Notes: generated from the letters alone by a model not told the origin. A stretch of DNA of 64,000 nucleotides from Candidatus Hodarchaeota archaeon (GCA_048887225.1 JBHLJY010000007.1:51294-115293); one strand, 5' to 3'; positions 39,389-49,605 are shown, counted from the first letter of the stretch. Numbers and translations: made by a program.

Positions 39389-39919
39389 ATGACTGAAAGA
39401 AATTATGTTGTTAAAATTTGTTTGTTAGGGGAAGCAAATGTGGGAAAAACTTCATTGGTGTATAGATTTATTGAAAATAAATTCAGAGACAACTATAAAA
39501 GTACTCTGGGAGTTAATCTTTTAAAGAAAGATCTCGATATTGATAATTACACGGGAGTTTCGGCTCAAATATGGGATCTTGGAGGGCAAGAATCTTTTAA
39601 AAGTCTAAGGAAATTATATTTAGAGGGAGCCAATGGTGCTCTTATAGTTTACGATACAACAAAAAGAAAGACCTTTGATAGCCTCAGCGATTGGGTTCAA
39701 AGCTTTCGAGAATCAAGGGGAGATCAACCGTTATTATTAATAGGAAATAAAATTGATTTAAAAAATAAGATAAAAATCGACGAAAAAGAAGCTAAAGAAT
39801 ATGCGGAAAAAAATCAAATGGCGTTCCTTCTAACATCGGCAAAAACTGGTAATAACGTTGAAACAGCATTTAAAGAATTAATAAAGACTATCCTCGATAA
39901 AGCTATGTCGAATAAATAA
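39389..39919 (+). CDS. small GTPase, Rab-like
   Basis: G1 GEANVGKTS, switch I TLGVNL, G3 WDLGGQ, G4 GNKID, G5 TSAKTG. No prenylation Cys. Confidence 0.9.
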   Translation: MTERNYVVKICLLGEANVGKTSLVYRFIENKFRDNYKSTLGVNLLKKDLDIDNYTGVSAQIWDLGGQESFKSLRKLYLEGANGALIVYDTTKRKTFDSLSDWVQSFRESRGDQPLLLIGNKIDLKNKIKIDEKEAKEYAEKNQMAFLLTSAKTGNNVETAFKELIKTILDKAMSNK

Positions 39920-40130
39920 CTAGTAAATCATTTTATTTCATATTTCCATTTTTAACAAATAAAAAAAATATGTTTAAAAATACTCTTCAAATTTGATGTT
40001 TTAAGGTTTATTTATTTTTAAAACAATTCCTTTATAAAGGATACTTTACTTTATAAAAAATATAAAAAAAAAACCCATACTTTTTTCTTAATAAAACTCA
40101 ATTTATCAAATATCTGCTTTAGATGTAATA

Positions 40131-40781
40131 ATGTCAGAGGAAGAAGAAGAGGAAGAGGGCGAAGAAGAGGAAGAGAAGTATGATTATGAAACTGACTTAG
40201 ATTATAAAATAGAGAATGTTGTAGCAACTGTAAGCGTTGAGATTACTGAAAAGATCGACCTTAACCAAATTGCCCGAAAACATGCAGAAGTAGAATATAA
40301 TCCAGAGAGATTTCCAGGATTAGTGATGAGAATCGAAAAGCCACGTGCAACTATTCTTATTTTCTCTACTGGAAAAATGGTAGTTACCGGATTAAGAAGA
40401 GCAGCTGAGGCTCAAAGAGTTGTAGAAAAAGTAGTAAAAAATATTAGAAAAGCTGGAATTAAATTAGCTAATCCTGAAATTACAATTCAAAATATTGTCG
40501 CTTCTGGAGATCTTCATACAAACATTGACTTAAATATGGCAGCGATTGTTATGGAATATGCAATGTACGAGCCTGAAGTATTCCCTGGTTTAATTTATCG
40601 GATGCAAGATCCTAAAACAGTATTTTTAATTTTTAGTACTGGGCGCATTGTGTGCACAGGTGCTAAACAAAAAGAAATTGTTAGGGACGCCGTTTTAAAA
40701 TTAAACCAACAAGTCCGTGAACTGGGCGTTGCTAAAAAAGATATTGCCGAATCTGAATATCAAGATATAACTTTTATCTAA
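40131..40781 (+). CDS. tbp: TATA-box binding protein with acidic poly-Glu N-terminal extension
   Basis: Two TBP repeats (IENVVATVSV...FPGLVMR...IFSTGKMVVTG and IQNIVASGDL...FPGLIYR...IFSTGRIVCTG). These are preceded by MSEEEEEEEGEEEEEKYDYE. Confidence 0.95.
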   Translation: MSEEEEEEEGEEEEEKYDYETDLDYKIENVVATVSVEITEKIDLNQIARKHAEVEYNPERFPGLVMRIEKPRATILIFSTGKMVVTGLRRAAEAQRVVEKVVKNIRKAGIKLANPEITIQNIVASGDLHTNIDLNMAAIVMEYAMYEPEVFPGLIYRMQDPKTVFLIFSTGRIVCTGAKQKEIVRDAVLKLNQQVRELGVAKKDIAESEYQDITFI

Positions 40782-40815
40782 TTTTTTATTTTTTCCCCTT
40801 ATTTTTACAATATTT

Positions 40816-41097
40816 CTATAAAGAACCGCAAAATTTACGTTTAATAACATTTTGAAATTCTTTAAGAACCCTCTTATTGACTATTCCATCACCATTGTTA
40901 TTATAAAGAAGCACTATTTCTCCTGAACTTAAATCTTTAAATCCCGCAACTTCAAAATGATTATGACTATTAGCGCAAGAAATATATACCGAATCTTTTT
41001 GATTGTCGAAATTTAACTCTGAATCACATGTAGGACAATGATTTAGTTCAATTGATTGAATACTCCGCAATAATTTGTTCATTTCATCGCAGTACAT
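40816..41097 (-). CDS. hypothetical small Cys/His protein
   Basis: 93 aa. Contains HCPTC....C..H.H, a possible zinc site. No family recognised. Confidence 0.4.
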   Translation of the reverse strand: MYCDEMNKLLRSIQSIELNHCPTCDSELNFDNQKDSVYISCANSHNHFEVAGFKDLSSGEIVLLYNNNGDGIVNKRVLKEFQNVIKRKFCGSL

Positions 41098-41162
41098 AAC
41101 AGGAAAAATTACTAAATCGTTAAAGAAAGAAAGTATTATTTGAATAATACTAAATTCAAATT

Positions 41163-41435
41163 TTAAAAGGAATAGTCAAAGTTTTTAAATTTATTTTGAG
41201 GCTCTTTAATTTCGTAATCAACTTTATCAACATGTGCATATTTTGGACCTTTTTTAGAAAACTCAAGTAATTCAAGCAATTTTTCACGGGGTCCTTCTGC
41301 TTCAATATATACACTACCATCTGGCATATTTTTAACGTAACCAGTTAAACCTAATTTTCTAGCAACTTTTCGAGTCGTATAACGAAAAAAAACTCCTTGA
41401 ACTAGTCCATAAACGTTAATAATAATTCGCTTCAT
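41163..41435 (-). CDS. acyP: acylphosphatase
   Basis: 90 aa. Contains VYGLVQGVFFRYTTRKVARKLGLTGYVKNMPDGSVYIEAEG. Confidence 0.85.
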   Translation of the reverse strand: MKRIIINVYGLVQGVFFRYTTRKVARKLGLTGYVKNMPDGSVYIEAEGPREKLLELLEFSKKGPKYAHVDKVDYEIKEPQNKFKNFDYSF

Positions 41436-41460
41436 TTCAAATAATTAATTTCTTATTTAA

Positions 41461-42594
41461 TTATTTACTCACTAGCTTTTTCATAATATTAATATATTCA
41501 TCTAAATCTTCTTTTAATATTTCAGGATGAATATCCAGAGCAAAAACCTCCTCTGTTACTTTTTCTACGACTGGTAGATTAATCTTTGAATATTCAATAT
41601 CTTTTCCATAAAAGGGACAAGACCATGGACAACCCTTAGGATATGCTATTTTTTCTTGAAATAATTTAGTCTGATATAATGGAATGGGATATAGTACTTT
41701 GCTCTGAGGAAATTTTTCTATGAAATGTTGTTTGTTTAATCCAATTATATTAGGTTGAATTCTTCCAATCCAATAATTAAAGGCGGGTTCACAATATTCT
41801 GGAACATAAGGAGGATCAATTCCATTGATATCATTTACTTTATCTGTTAAATATTGTGCATTTTTATTTCGCGCCTTTACGTAATCATCTAACTTCCTTA
41901 ATTGAACTCTTCCGATTGCTCCTTGAATTTCAGTCATTCTATAATTCCAACCTAAACGATTATAAACATACCAAGAAGGTTCACCATGATGCCTGATTAA
42001 TCTACATAACTCAGCTAATTTGTCATTATTGGTGGTGATCATTCCCCCTTCTCCCGTAGTCATATTTTTAGAAGGATAAAAACTAAAAGCACTAAAATTT
42101 CCTAATGATCCTACTTTTTTGCCTTTATATTTTGCTCCATGTGCTTGACATGCATCTTCAATAATATACAAATTATTCTCTTTAGCAATTTCCAAAAGAG
42201 GGTCCATATCAGCTGTTAATCCAGCTAAATGTACAGGAATTATTGCCTTGGTTTTATTTGTTATCCGTTTACTTATTGAATCTGGATCTAAGGTATAGGT
42301 TTTGTTGTCTATATCAGCAAATATAGGAATTGCGTTATTTTGCAAAATTGAGCTTGCCGTAGCTATAAAAGTAAAAGGAGGAACAATTATTTCATCACCA
42401 GGTCCAATTCCCAATGCTGCAATAGCAATATGGAGGGCCGCAGTTCCAGAATTAACTCCAATAGCATGTTTTACACCAATATAATTTGCAAATTCTTTTT
42501 CAAAATTTTTTACGACATTTCCAGCTAATAAGGTTAGCATCTGAGATTCAATTACCTTAATAACTTCTTTTTTTTCTTCCTCAGTAAGATTCAT
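41461..42594 (-). CDS. DegT/DnrJ/EryC1/StrS family PLP-dependent sugar aminotransferase
   Basis: 377 aa. Contains NSGTAALHIA, DACQAHGA, and SFYPSKNMTTGEGG with the PLP Lys. Confidence 0.9.
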   Translation of the reverse strand: MNLTEEEKKEVIKVIESQMLTLLAGNVVKNFEKEFANYIGVKHAIGVNSGTAALHIAIAALGIGPGDEIIVPPFTFIATASSILQNNAIPIFADIDNKTYTLDPDSISKRITNKTKAIIPVHLAGLTADMDPLLEIAKENNLYIIEDACQAHGAKYKGKKVGSLGNFSAFSFYPSKNMTTGEGGMITTNNDKLAELCRLIRHHGEPSWYVYNRLGWNYRMTEIQGAIGRVQLRKLDDYVKARNKNAQYLTDKVNDINGIDPPYVPEYCEPAFNYWIGRIQPNIIGLNKQHFIEKFPQSKVLYPIPLYQTKLFQEKIAYPKGCPWSCPFYGKDIEYSKINLPVVEKVTEEVFALDIHPEILKEDLDEYINIMKKLVSK

Positions 42595-42706
42595 TTTAGC
42601 CTCTTAAATCTTTATTTTTTTAAGATTTGATTATAGCACATATAAATAAAAAAAAGAATAGCCATCTTAAGAATGTGCTTATTAAAAAATAGAAAGGAAA
42701 GGCTTT

Positions 42707-43285
42707 TTAGTATAATATAAAATATGTGTTATTTGTACTATTGTAAGCAACTATTTTATCTTTAAGAAGACTTTTTATAACGCTCTCTAACCAACGCTCA
42801 CTAGTTTTTACTTGTTTTTTAATATCGTTATAACTTAGTTGATCATTCGTAGCTAATAAGAATAAGATTCTGCTTTTAATAGTTAATTGGTTTGAACTTA
42901 GTACTCTATCAATTCTTTTTTCTAAATCATAGAGTCTCATCTTCAAATCTGCGACCTCATTACTTAATTTAGCAATGACCTCATCTCTAGTTCTAAAGAC
43001 ATTTAAACTGAATTTAAATCTCCTTTCTAATTGTTCCTTTAAATCCTCTTCATTTTCATATTTATCAAGATCTTTGTTGAATTCTTCAAGAACGATTAGA
43101 TAATCGTTGCCTTCATCAAATTTGTCTAATACAAGAACAATCACTATTTCTTTTTTGGAATTATAAAAGGAAACTGAATTCCATTCTTTCTCTTCCGTTA
43201 TGATATACGATTCCGTAAAATTATGAGAAATTTGAATTTGTTGTACTACGCTATCAGGAATATTGAGATCCCCTGGAAACTTCAA
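42707..43285 (-). CDS. hypothetical protein: longin/roadblock-like N-terminal half, coiled-coil, C-terminal winged-helix-like segment
   Basis: 192 aa from a TTG start. The frame is open about 20 codons further upstream (KIIPKGIFLIKWDEVIGGTIYL) without a canonical start. The C-terminal LSYNDIKKQVKTSERWLESVIKSLLKDKIVAY looks wHTH-like. Confidence 0.45.
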   Translation of the reverse strand: MKFPGDLNIPDSVVQQIQISHNFTESYIITEEKEWNSVSFYNSKKEIVIVLVLDKFDEGNDYLIVLEEFNKDLDKYENEEDLKEQLERRFKFSLNVFRTRDEVIAKLSNEVADLKMRLYDLEKRIDRVLSSNQLTIKSRILFLLATNDQLSYNDIKKQVKTSERWLESVIKSLLKDKIVAYNSTNNTYFILY

Positions 43286-43522
43286 ATAAATTGTTCCACC
43301 AATTACCTCATCCCACTTTATTAGGAAGATTCCTTTAGGTATTATCTTTCACCAATAAATTTAATATATAATTTTAAAAATAAACTTTTATGACTTAATA
43401 ATAATCGTATTGTATTTTCTTTATATTTTTATTTGAAATTTTTTAAGAAAAATAGTTCATTAAGTAAGATTATCTAAAAAAATATATATGACAAATTCGA
43501 TTTCTTAAATAGAGGATTCTTT

Positions 43523-43792
43523 ATGTCTGTTTATTACGTCTATATCTTAGAAACAGTAACTAATAACGGTAAAAAAGGCTATTATACTGGATATACTAAT
43601 GATTTATTTAGAAGATGGAATCAACATCGAAATGGGACTGGGGCTAAATATTGTCGAGGTAAAAAAAAAGTTGAATTAAAGTATTTTGAAACCTATACAA
43701 ATAGAAAAGAAGCTATGAGACGTGAATTAGAAATTAAGTCTTTTTCAAGGCAAAAGAAATCAGAATTAATTAAGAACTTCATTTATAGCTGA
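43523..43792 (+). CDS. GIY-YIG nuclease superfamily protein (UPF0213/SLX1-like catalytic domain only)
   Basis: 89 aa. Contains YYVYILE...GYYTGYTNDLFRRWNQHRNG...E. Confidence 0.8.
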   Translation: MSVYYVYILETVTNNGKKGYYTGYTNDLFRRWNQHRNGTGAKYCRGKKKVELKYFETYTNRKEAMRRELEIKSFSRQKKSELIKNFIYS

Positions 43793-43800
43793 TTTAATCG

Positions 43801-44601
43801 TTGGAAAAAGATAACTTTTTGATTTGTTTAGCTGGGTTACCAGCATCGGGTAAATCTAATTTTGCTAATAAGTTGAGAGAATTATTAGAGAAAAGATTTA
43901 ATAATTTGAAGGTAAAAATTATAGATCCAGATAAGATTAGGGAGAATATAGTTCCAGGTGAATTTGATTATAATAAAGAACAAATAGTTCGAAACAAAAA
44001 CTTAGAATCTGTAAAAAAGGAACTGGATTCAGGTTTCATCGTTATTAACGATGATTTAAATTATTACACCAGTATGAGACACGATTTGAAAGAAATTGCT
44101 GAAAATTTGGGTCTGAAATATTTCATAATTCATATATCGACACCACTTGAAATTTGCATAAAATGGAATGAAGAGAGAGGTAAACCAATTCCAAACAGCG
44201 TGATTCTTAATATAAGTCAAAAATTTGACGAATTTGGTAAATATAATTGGGATATTCCTATAGCAAATTACGATCTCTCTAAATTGAAAGATTTAAATCA
44301 ATCAATTGAAAAATTGATTAATACCTTTATTCAAAACTTAAAACTCTTGAAAATTAGAACAGAAAAAAAAGAAATTGTTCAGCAAAGTTTAAGTCTGGAT
44401 AATGAAAAATTAGATAGAATAACGAGAAAGATAGTTGGAGATTTATTAAGAACTCCTAAATATCGCTCTTTAAAGAATAAAATTATAAAATATCGAAAAA
44501 TGTATGTGAAAAAGAGAGCAAATACAGTTTTAAGTGAATCTGATATTATAAAAACTTTTAAGCAATATTTAGAGAAGAGTTTAAACATTAAAATTTCCTA
44601 A
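43801..44601 (+). CDS. pstK: L-seryl-tRNA(Sec) kinase (PSTK) / KTI12 family P-loop kinase
   Basis: 266 aa, TTG start 8 nt after the GIY-YIG stop. Contains Walker A GLPASGKSN and VINDDLNYYTSMRHDL. The basic C-terminal domain (LDRITRKIVGDLL..KYRKMYVKKR) is collinear with archaeal PSTK as I recall it. Confidence 0.6.
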   Translation: MEKDNFLICLAGLPASGKSNFANKLRELLEKRFNNLKVKIIDPDKIRENIVPGEFDYNKEQIVRNKNLESVKKELDSGFIVINDDLNYYTSMRHDLKEIAENLGLKYFIIHISTPLEICIKWNEERGKPIPNSVILNISQKFDEFGKYNWDIPIANYDLSKLKDLNQSIEKLINTFIQNLKLLKIRTEKKEIVQQSLSLDNEKLDRITRKIVGDLLRTPKYRSLKNKIIKYRKMYVKKRANTVLSESDIIKTFKQYLEKSLNIKIS

Positions 44602-44722
44602 GAATTCTTTGAGTAGAATGTTATTAAAAATAAAGAAAAAGAAAATAAACCATTAATTCCTTTAAATACTTGGATTAAAATATTTTATATATTAGTACAT
44701 CAAATTTCAATCAAAATCGAAA

Positions 44723-46999
44723 ATGACACAAGAAAAAAAGGCAATAAAATTAAGAATAGAAAGATTAGAAAAAAATCGTAGCGGGCGCAGTTTATGTTAT
44801 GTGGACCAAGATGCTATCAACCAGTTAGGTTTATCTACAGGTGATATAATTGAAATTAGAGGTAAAAAAAAGACCACAGGAATAGTTGTGGCCAGTGTAG
44901 CTGATAAAGGTAAAGGTATTATTAGGATAGATGGGATTCAAAGGCTAAACGCAGGTGCCACTATCGGAGAGTATGTTACCATACAATTAGCAGAAGTTTT
45001 TGCTGCAGAAGAGATCGTTTTGACTCCCACGAGACCAAATATTGATATGAAAAGACAAGCTGAAGCAATAAAGGGTAAATTGATTGATAAACCTGTGGTA
45101 ATCGGAGATATTGTTGATGTATTAGGAGCATTCGTGCAAAGGGATGATCCTGATAATCCTATGGCCGAAATCATGAAAATGTTTCCTTTTTTCAAAGGTG
45201 GAGGAAGGCGTCCTACATTAGGAACTTTAAGGCTTATTGTAGAAAATACTAGACCTTCGGGTAAAGTAGTTCGAATTACGCGTAATAGCAAAATAAAAGT
45301 AAACAAACGGGTTGCTGTATTAAATGTCTCAGGAGAAATTGTAACCTACGATGATGTAGGGGGTTTAAGTGATGAAATTCAGAGGATAAGAGAGATGGTC
45401 GAATTGCCTTTAAAGCATCCAGAACTTTTTCACAGGCTAAATATTGATCCTCCTAAGGGAGTTCTTTTCTATGGACCATCTGGAACGGGAAAAACTTTAT
45501 TAGCTAAAGCTGTATCTCAAGAATCAAACGCTTATTTCATAACCATCAACGGTCCAGAAATTATGAGTAAATTTTATGGGGCAAGCGAAGGGAGACTTCG
45601 AGATATTTTTACAGAAGCTGAAGATAATGCTCCATCAATAATTTTTATAGATGAAATTGATTCTATCGCGCCAAAAAGACAAGATGTCACTGGAGAAGTT
45701 GAAAGGCGTGTTGTTTCTCAGCTGCTTTCTTTACTGGATGGACTAAGAGCGAGAGGAGAAGTAATTTGCGTTGGAGCTACTAATAGAATAAATTCACTTG
45801 ATCAAGCATTAAGACGACCAGGTAGATTTGACCGTGAAATTGAATTTGGGGTACCTAATGTGAAAGGTAGAAAAGAGATATTTCAAATCCACACTAGGGG
45901 TATGCCTATTGAGCCAGATGTAGACCTTGACCATTATTCAGAAATAACTCATGGTTTTGTAGGCGCTGATATTATGGCAATAAGTAGAGAAGCAGCTATG
46001 CTTTCATTAAGAAGGATTTTGCCTAAAATAAATTTAGATGAGCCCATACCTAGTGAAATAATTCAAGAATTAAAAATTAAAGACGAAGATTTTGTGCAAG
46101 CTATCAATATGATAGAGCCATCAGCAATGCGGGAAGTTATGATTGAGATCCCTAACGTGCTTTGGGAAGATATTGGGGGGTTAACGGAGATAAAACAGGA
46201 GTTGAAAGAAGCTGTTGAATGGCCATTAATGTATCCAAAATTATTCAAGAAAGCGGGGATACGCCCTCTCAATGGAATATTATTATTTGGTCCACCAGGG
46301 TGCGGAAAAACATTATTAGCAAAAGCAGTTGCAACAGAAACTAAATCTAATTTTATTACTGTAAAAGGACCTGAAATTTTTTCTAAATGGGTAGGAGAAA
46401 GCGAAAGATCTGTAAGAGAAATCTTTAGAAAAGCTCGACAGGCAGCACCTTCTATAGTTTATTTCGATGAAATTGATGCAATTAGTTCTGATAGAGGTGA
46501 ATATCAAGGAACACATATTTATGATTCGATAGTCAATCAAATTCTTGTTGAAATGGATGGTATCGAAAATAGAAAAGGGATTGTGGTTATAGCAAGTACG
46601 AATAGACCTGATTTAGTAGATCCAGCGTTATTAAGGCCGGGAAGGTTTGATAGATTATTATTTGTGACTGCACCTGATTATGATGCAAGGATTAAAATCT
46701 TAAAAGTTCATACTAAAAATATGCCATTAACTAAAGATATTTCCTTGAAAAAAATTGCTCAAATTACTGAGGGTTATAGCGGAGCCGATTTAGAAAATTT
46801 ATGCCGTGAGGCGGGGATGAATGCTATTAGAGAAAAAATGACAGATTTAGAAAAAATCGAATGGAAACATTTTGAAAAAGCAATGGAAAAAATTAAATCG
46901 ACATTATCTAAAGAAGTTGTTGAAAGGCACGAACAGTTGGCTAAACAAATAACTGAATCTCGTAATATAAGAGATACATCCGCAGATCTTTATAAATAA
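44723..46999 (+). CDS. cdc48: CDC48/VCP-like AAA+ ATPase (two AAA domains plus N domain)
   Basis: 758 aa. N-terminal double-psi barrel region. D1 has [16 protein letters not shown] and D2 has [16 protein letters not shown]. Both have the SRH RPGRFDR. Confidence 0.95.
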   Translation: MTQEKKAIKLRIERLEKNRSGRSLCYVDQDAINQLGLSTGDIIEIRGKKKTTGIVVASVADKGKGIIRIDGIQRLNAGATIGEYVTIQLAEVFAAEEIVLTPTRPNIDMKRQAEAIKGKLIDKPVVIGDIVDVLGAFVQRDDPDNPMAEIMKMFPFFKGGGRRPTLGTLRLIVENTRPSGKVVRITRNSKIKVNKRVAVLNVSGEIVTYDDVGGLSDEIQRIREMVELPLKHPELFHRLNIDPPKGVLFYGPSGTGKTLLAKAVSQESNAYFITINGPEIMSKFYGASEGRLRDIFTEAEDNAPSIIFIDEIDSIAPKRQDVTGEVERRVVSQLLSLLDGLRARGEVICVGATNRINSLDQALRRPGRFDREIEFGVPNVKGRKEIFQIHTRGMPIEPDVDLDHYSEITHGFVGADIMAISREAAMLSLRRILPKINLDEPIPSEIIQELKIKDEDFVQAINMIEPSAMREVMIEIPNVLWEDIGGLTEIKQELKEAVEWPLMYPKLFKKAGIRPLNGILLFGPPGCGKTLLAKAVATETKSNFITVKGPEIFSKWVGESERSVREIFRKARQAAPSIVYFDEIDAISSDRGEYQGTHIYDSIVNQILVEMDGIENRKGIVVIASTNRPDLVDPALLRPGRFDRLLFVTAPDYDARIKILKVHTKNMPLTKDISLKKIAQITEGYSGADLENLCREAGMNAIREKMTDLEKIEWKHFEKAMEKIKSTLSKEVVERHEQLAKQITESRNIRDTSADLYK

Positions 47000-47143
47000 A
47001 TTGAATTTAAATTATGTATTAATAATAATTCTTCATTTTTTTAACACTTTTGAAGGTTTATTTTAAAATCTTCACCATAGAAAATGTTTATATAAAACAT
47101 CATCAAAGTTAGAGTAATTAAAAAAATTTTAGAGTTACTTTCT

Positions 47144-48343
47144 GTGAGTGAAGTAAAGATTGATTGGGAAGGTCACGTAAAAAAATATCAAGCCGCTATG
47201 GAAGAACTTAACCTTGATTTCTGCGTTTTGACTCGTATTAAATCCATTACTTACCTTTCTGGTTGTTTCGTTCCATGGAAAAGTGTAATTTTCCTACCCA
47301 AGGAGGGGGTGGGTGAGCCAATATTATTCACTGTACTTTTAGATGTAGAACGAATCAAGGCCGAGGGGAAGATTGAAACCCAGGGCTGGGGGCCAATGAA
47401 AGGTTTTTATTGGGAGAAAAAAATACAATCTGCTGCCAAAAAATCCGGTCTATTCAAACCAAAAGGAACTCCACCTCGAATTGGTGTTGAACTCGGGTTA
47501 GATATTTGTGTTACGGGACAAATGCTTTCTTATTCAGAGGCAGAACTTCTTAGAAAAGTATTCCCTGGATGTGAATTGATTGATTTTAACGATAAAACAG
47601 AGCGGATTCAATTAATTAAAGAACCTGAAGAAATAGCTATGCTACGTAAAGCAAGTGAAATAACAGATATAGGTCAAAAGGCCGTGAAAAAAGCTTTGAG
47701 TGAACGACCATCTGGGAAAGTTTTCACAGAAAATGAAATTGCTGGTATTGGTACATTAGCGATGAGGAAAGCTGGAAGTAATTACGAATGGACTTTCACT
47801 GGAAATCAAGAGATTGGATCAGGATATAGAGCAAGTTGGACATTTAATGGATGTACACCTGCTACAAATAAGCAAGTTAAAGAAGGTGAGTCATTATTAG
47901 TAGACTTACACAGTGAAATTGGCTGCTATCTCGGTGATCTTAGTCATAATTATGTTCTTGGAAAGTGTCATCCTGGATTAAAGACCTTTAACAATATATA
48001 CGAACAATTATGTTATACTCTCATAGATAATATGGTTGTTGGTAATACTTTTGAGGAATGTTATAATGAAGTGCGAAAAGTGGCCGATAAAGCAGGATTT
48101 GGGAATGATTTATTTTTCGGGCTAGGGCATGGAATAGGTTGTATAGGAAACGAATCATGGCCAGTTGTAGTACCTGGGAAAGAATGGGGACCCATGGTGT
48201 TTGAAGAGAATATGGTAGAAATTGCTGCAGTCGTTTTTAATAAACCAGGGCTAGGAGGATTGAGGTTAGAATCACCAACATTTTTAACGAATAAGGGTGC
48301 TGAAGTCCTCCCGAAGACGCCATTTGAAGTAGATTACATATAA
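47144..48343 (+). CDS. peptidase M24 family (Xaa-Pro dipeptidase/creatinase-like)
   Basis: 399 aa, GTG start. Creatinase-like N domain and pita-bread C domain with LVDLHSEIGCYLGDLS, GLGHGIG, and EENMVE. Confidence 0.8.
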   Translation: MSEVKIDWEGHVKKYQAAMEELNLDFCVLTRIKSITYLSGCFVPWKSVIFLPKEGVGEPILFTVLLDVERIKAEGKIETQGWGPMKGFYWEKKIQSAAKKSGLFKPKGTPPRIGVELGLDICVTGQMLSYSEAELLRKVFPGCELIDFNDKTERIQLIKEPEEIAMLRKASEITDIGQKAVKKALSERPSGKVFTENEIAGIGTLAMRKAGSNYEWTFTGNQEIGSGYRASWTFNGCTPATNKQVKEGESLLVDLHSEIGCYLGDLSHNYVLGKCHPGLKTFNNIYEQLCYTLIDNMVVGNTFEECYNEVRKVADKAGFGNDLFFGLGHGIGCIGNESWPVVVPGKEWGPMVFEENMVEIAAVVFNKPGLGGLRLESPTFLTNKGAEVLPKTPFEVDYI

Positions 48344-48361
48344 ATTTCTTTTTTATATTAA

Positions 48362-49525
48362 CTATAATTCTTTCACAAAACTTTCGATTCTATCCATAGC
48401 TTCCCTAAGTTTGCCAACATCAATTGCATAAGAAATTCTTAACTTATCAGCTGAGAAAGAACCAAAAATATCTCCTGGAACGATTGCTACTCCTTTTTCC
48501 TTAATAATTTTTCTTGAAAACTCTTGACTGCCTATTTGAAAGTTTTTTATAGAGGGCATAATATAAAATGCACCACGAGGTTTAAGAACATCAAAACCAA
48601 TCTCTTTTAATCTATTATATGCTAAAAGCCGTCTTTCGTCGAATCTCTTTAAAATCTCATCGAAAAAGCTAATATCCATTTTTAATGCTTCTACAAAACC
48701 ATATTGAGCAGCGTGATTTGTACCCGCAATTGTATATTGGAGGTATTTTTCCATTAGATCAATAATTTCTTTATTAGCTGCAACATATCCCAGCCTAAAA
48801 CCCGTAGCGGAGTACAGTTTACTCATTGCGTTAAGTGTCACTGTTCTCTCAAACATATCATTAAGTGATGCCGGACTAATATGCACCAAATCCTCGTAAA
48901 TATAATTCTCATATACCTCATCGCTTATCAAATATAAATCGTGTTCAAGTACCATCTCAACGATCTCTTCTAATTCTCTTTTTTCTAACACATAACCAGT
49001 TGGATTATTCGGCGAATTAATAAGGATTGCCTTGGTTTTATTAGAAATTGATGCTTTCATTTCCTCGATATTTAGACTAAAGTCTGAATTACGCTCAATT
49101 TCAACAACTTTTACACCAAAAAAAGAACTGCAATAGAAATACGACACGAAATTAGGTGATGAAAGAATTAACTCGTCACCGGGATTAAATATCGATGCAA
49201 ACGTAAGAGTAATGGCGTTTGAGCCCCCATTACATAAGATAATATTTTCTTTCCAATTTATTTTAATATTATTATTTTTTTCTAACTTCTTTTCAAGCAG
49301 TTCTAATAGCTTTGGAATTCCTCTCGTTGGAGCATACATCGTGATGTTTTTTTTTAGCGCTTCAATATTACCTTGTATTGCTGGCTGAGGTGTGGGAAAA
49401 TCAGGTTGACCAATACCAAGGCTAATAACATCAGAGCGCCCAGCCGCAAGATCAAATAGTTCCCTAATCTTGGATTTTGGAGCTGCAATTACTCTTTGAG
49501 ATAGGTCTTTCATAATATATATCAC
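48362..49525 (-). CDS. class I/II PLP-dependent aminotransferase (aspartate aminotransferase family)
   Basis: 387 aa. Contains NSPNNPTG and NAMSKLYSATGFRLGY with the PLP Lys. Confidence 0.9.
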   Translation of the reverse strand: MIYIMKDLSQRVIAAPKSKIRELFDLAAGRSDVISLGIGQPDFPTPQPAIQGNIEALKKNITMYAPTRGIPKLLELLEKKLEKNNNIKINWKENIILCNGGSNAITLTFASIFNPGDELILSSPNFVSYFYCSSFFGVKVVEIERNSDFSLNIEEMKASISNKTKAILINSPNNPTGYVLEKRELEEIVEMVLEHDLYLISDEVYENYIYEDLVHISPASLNDMFERTVTLNAMSKLYSATGFRLGYVAANKEIIDLMEKYLQYTIAGTNHAAQYGFVEALKMDISFFDEILKRFDERRLLAYNRLKEIGFDVLKPRGAFYIMPSIKNFQIGSQEFSRKIIKEKGVAIVPGDIFGSFSADKLRISYAIDVGKLREAMDRIESFVKEL

Positions 49526-49605
49526 TGACTTAATTATTTTTAAATAATTTTGTCTTTAAAGAATAAATATATAAAAAGAGTTATTAGTCAAATTACAAAA
49601 TTTAA

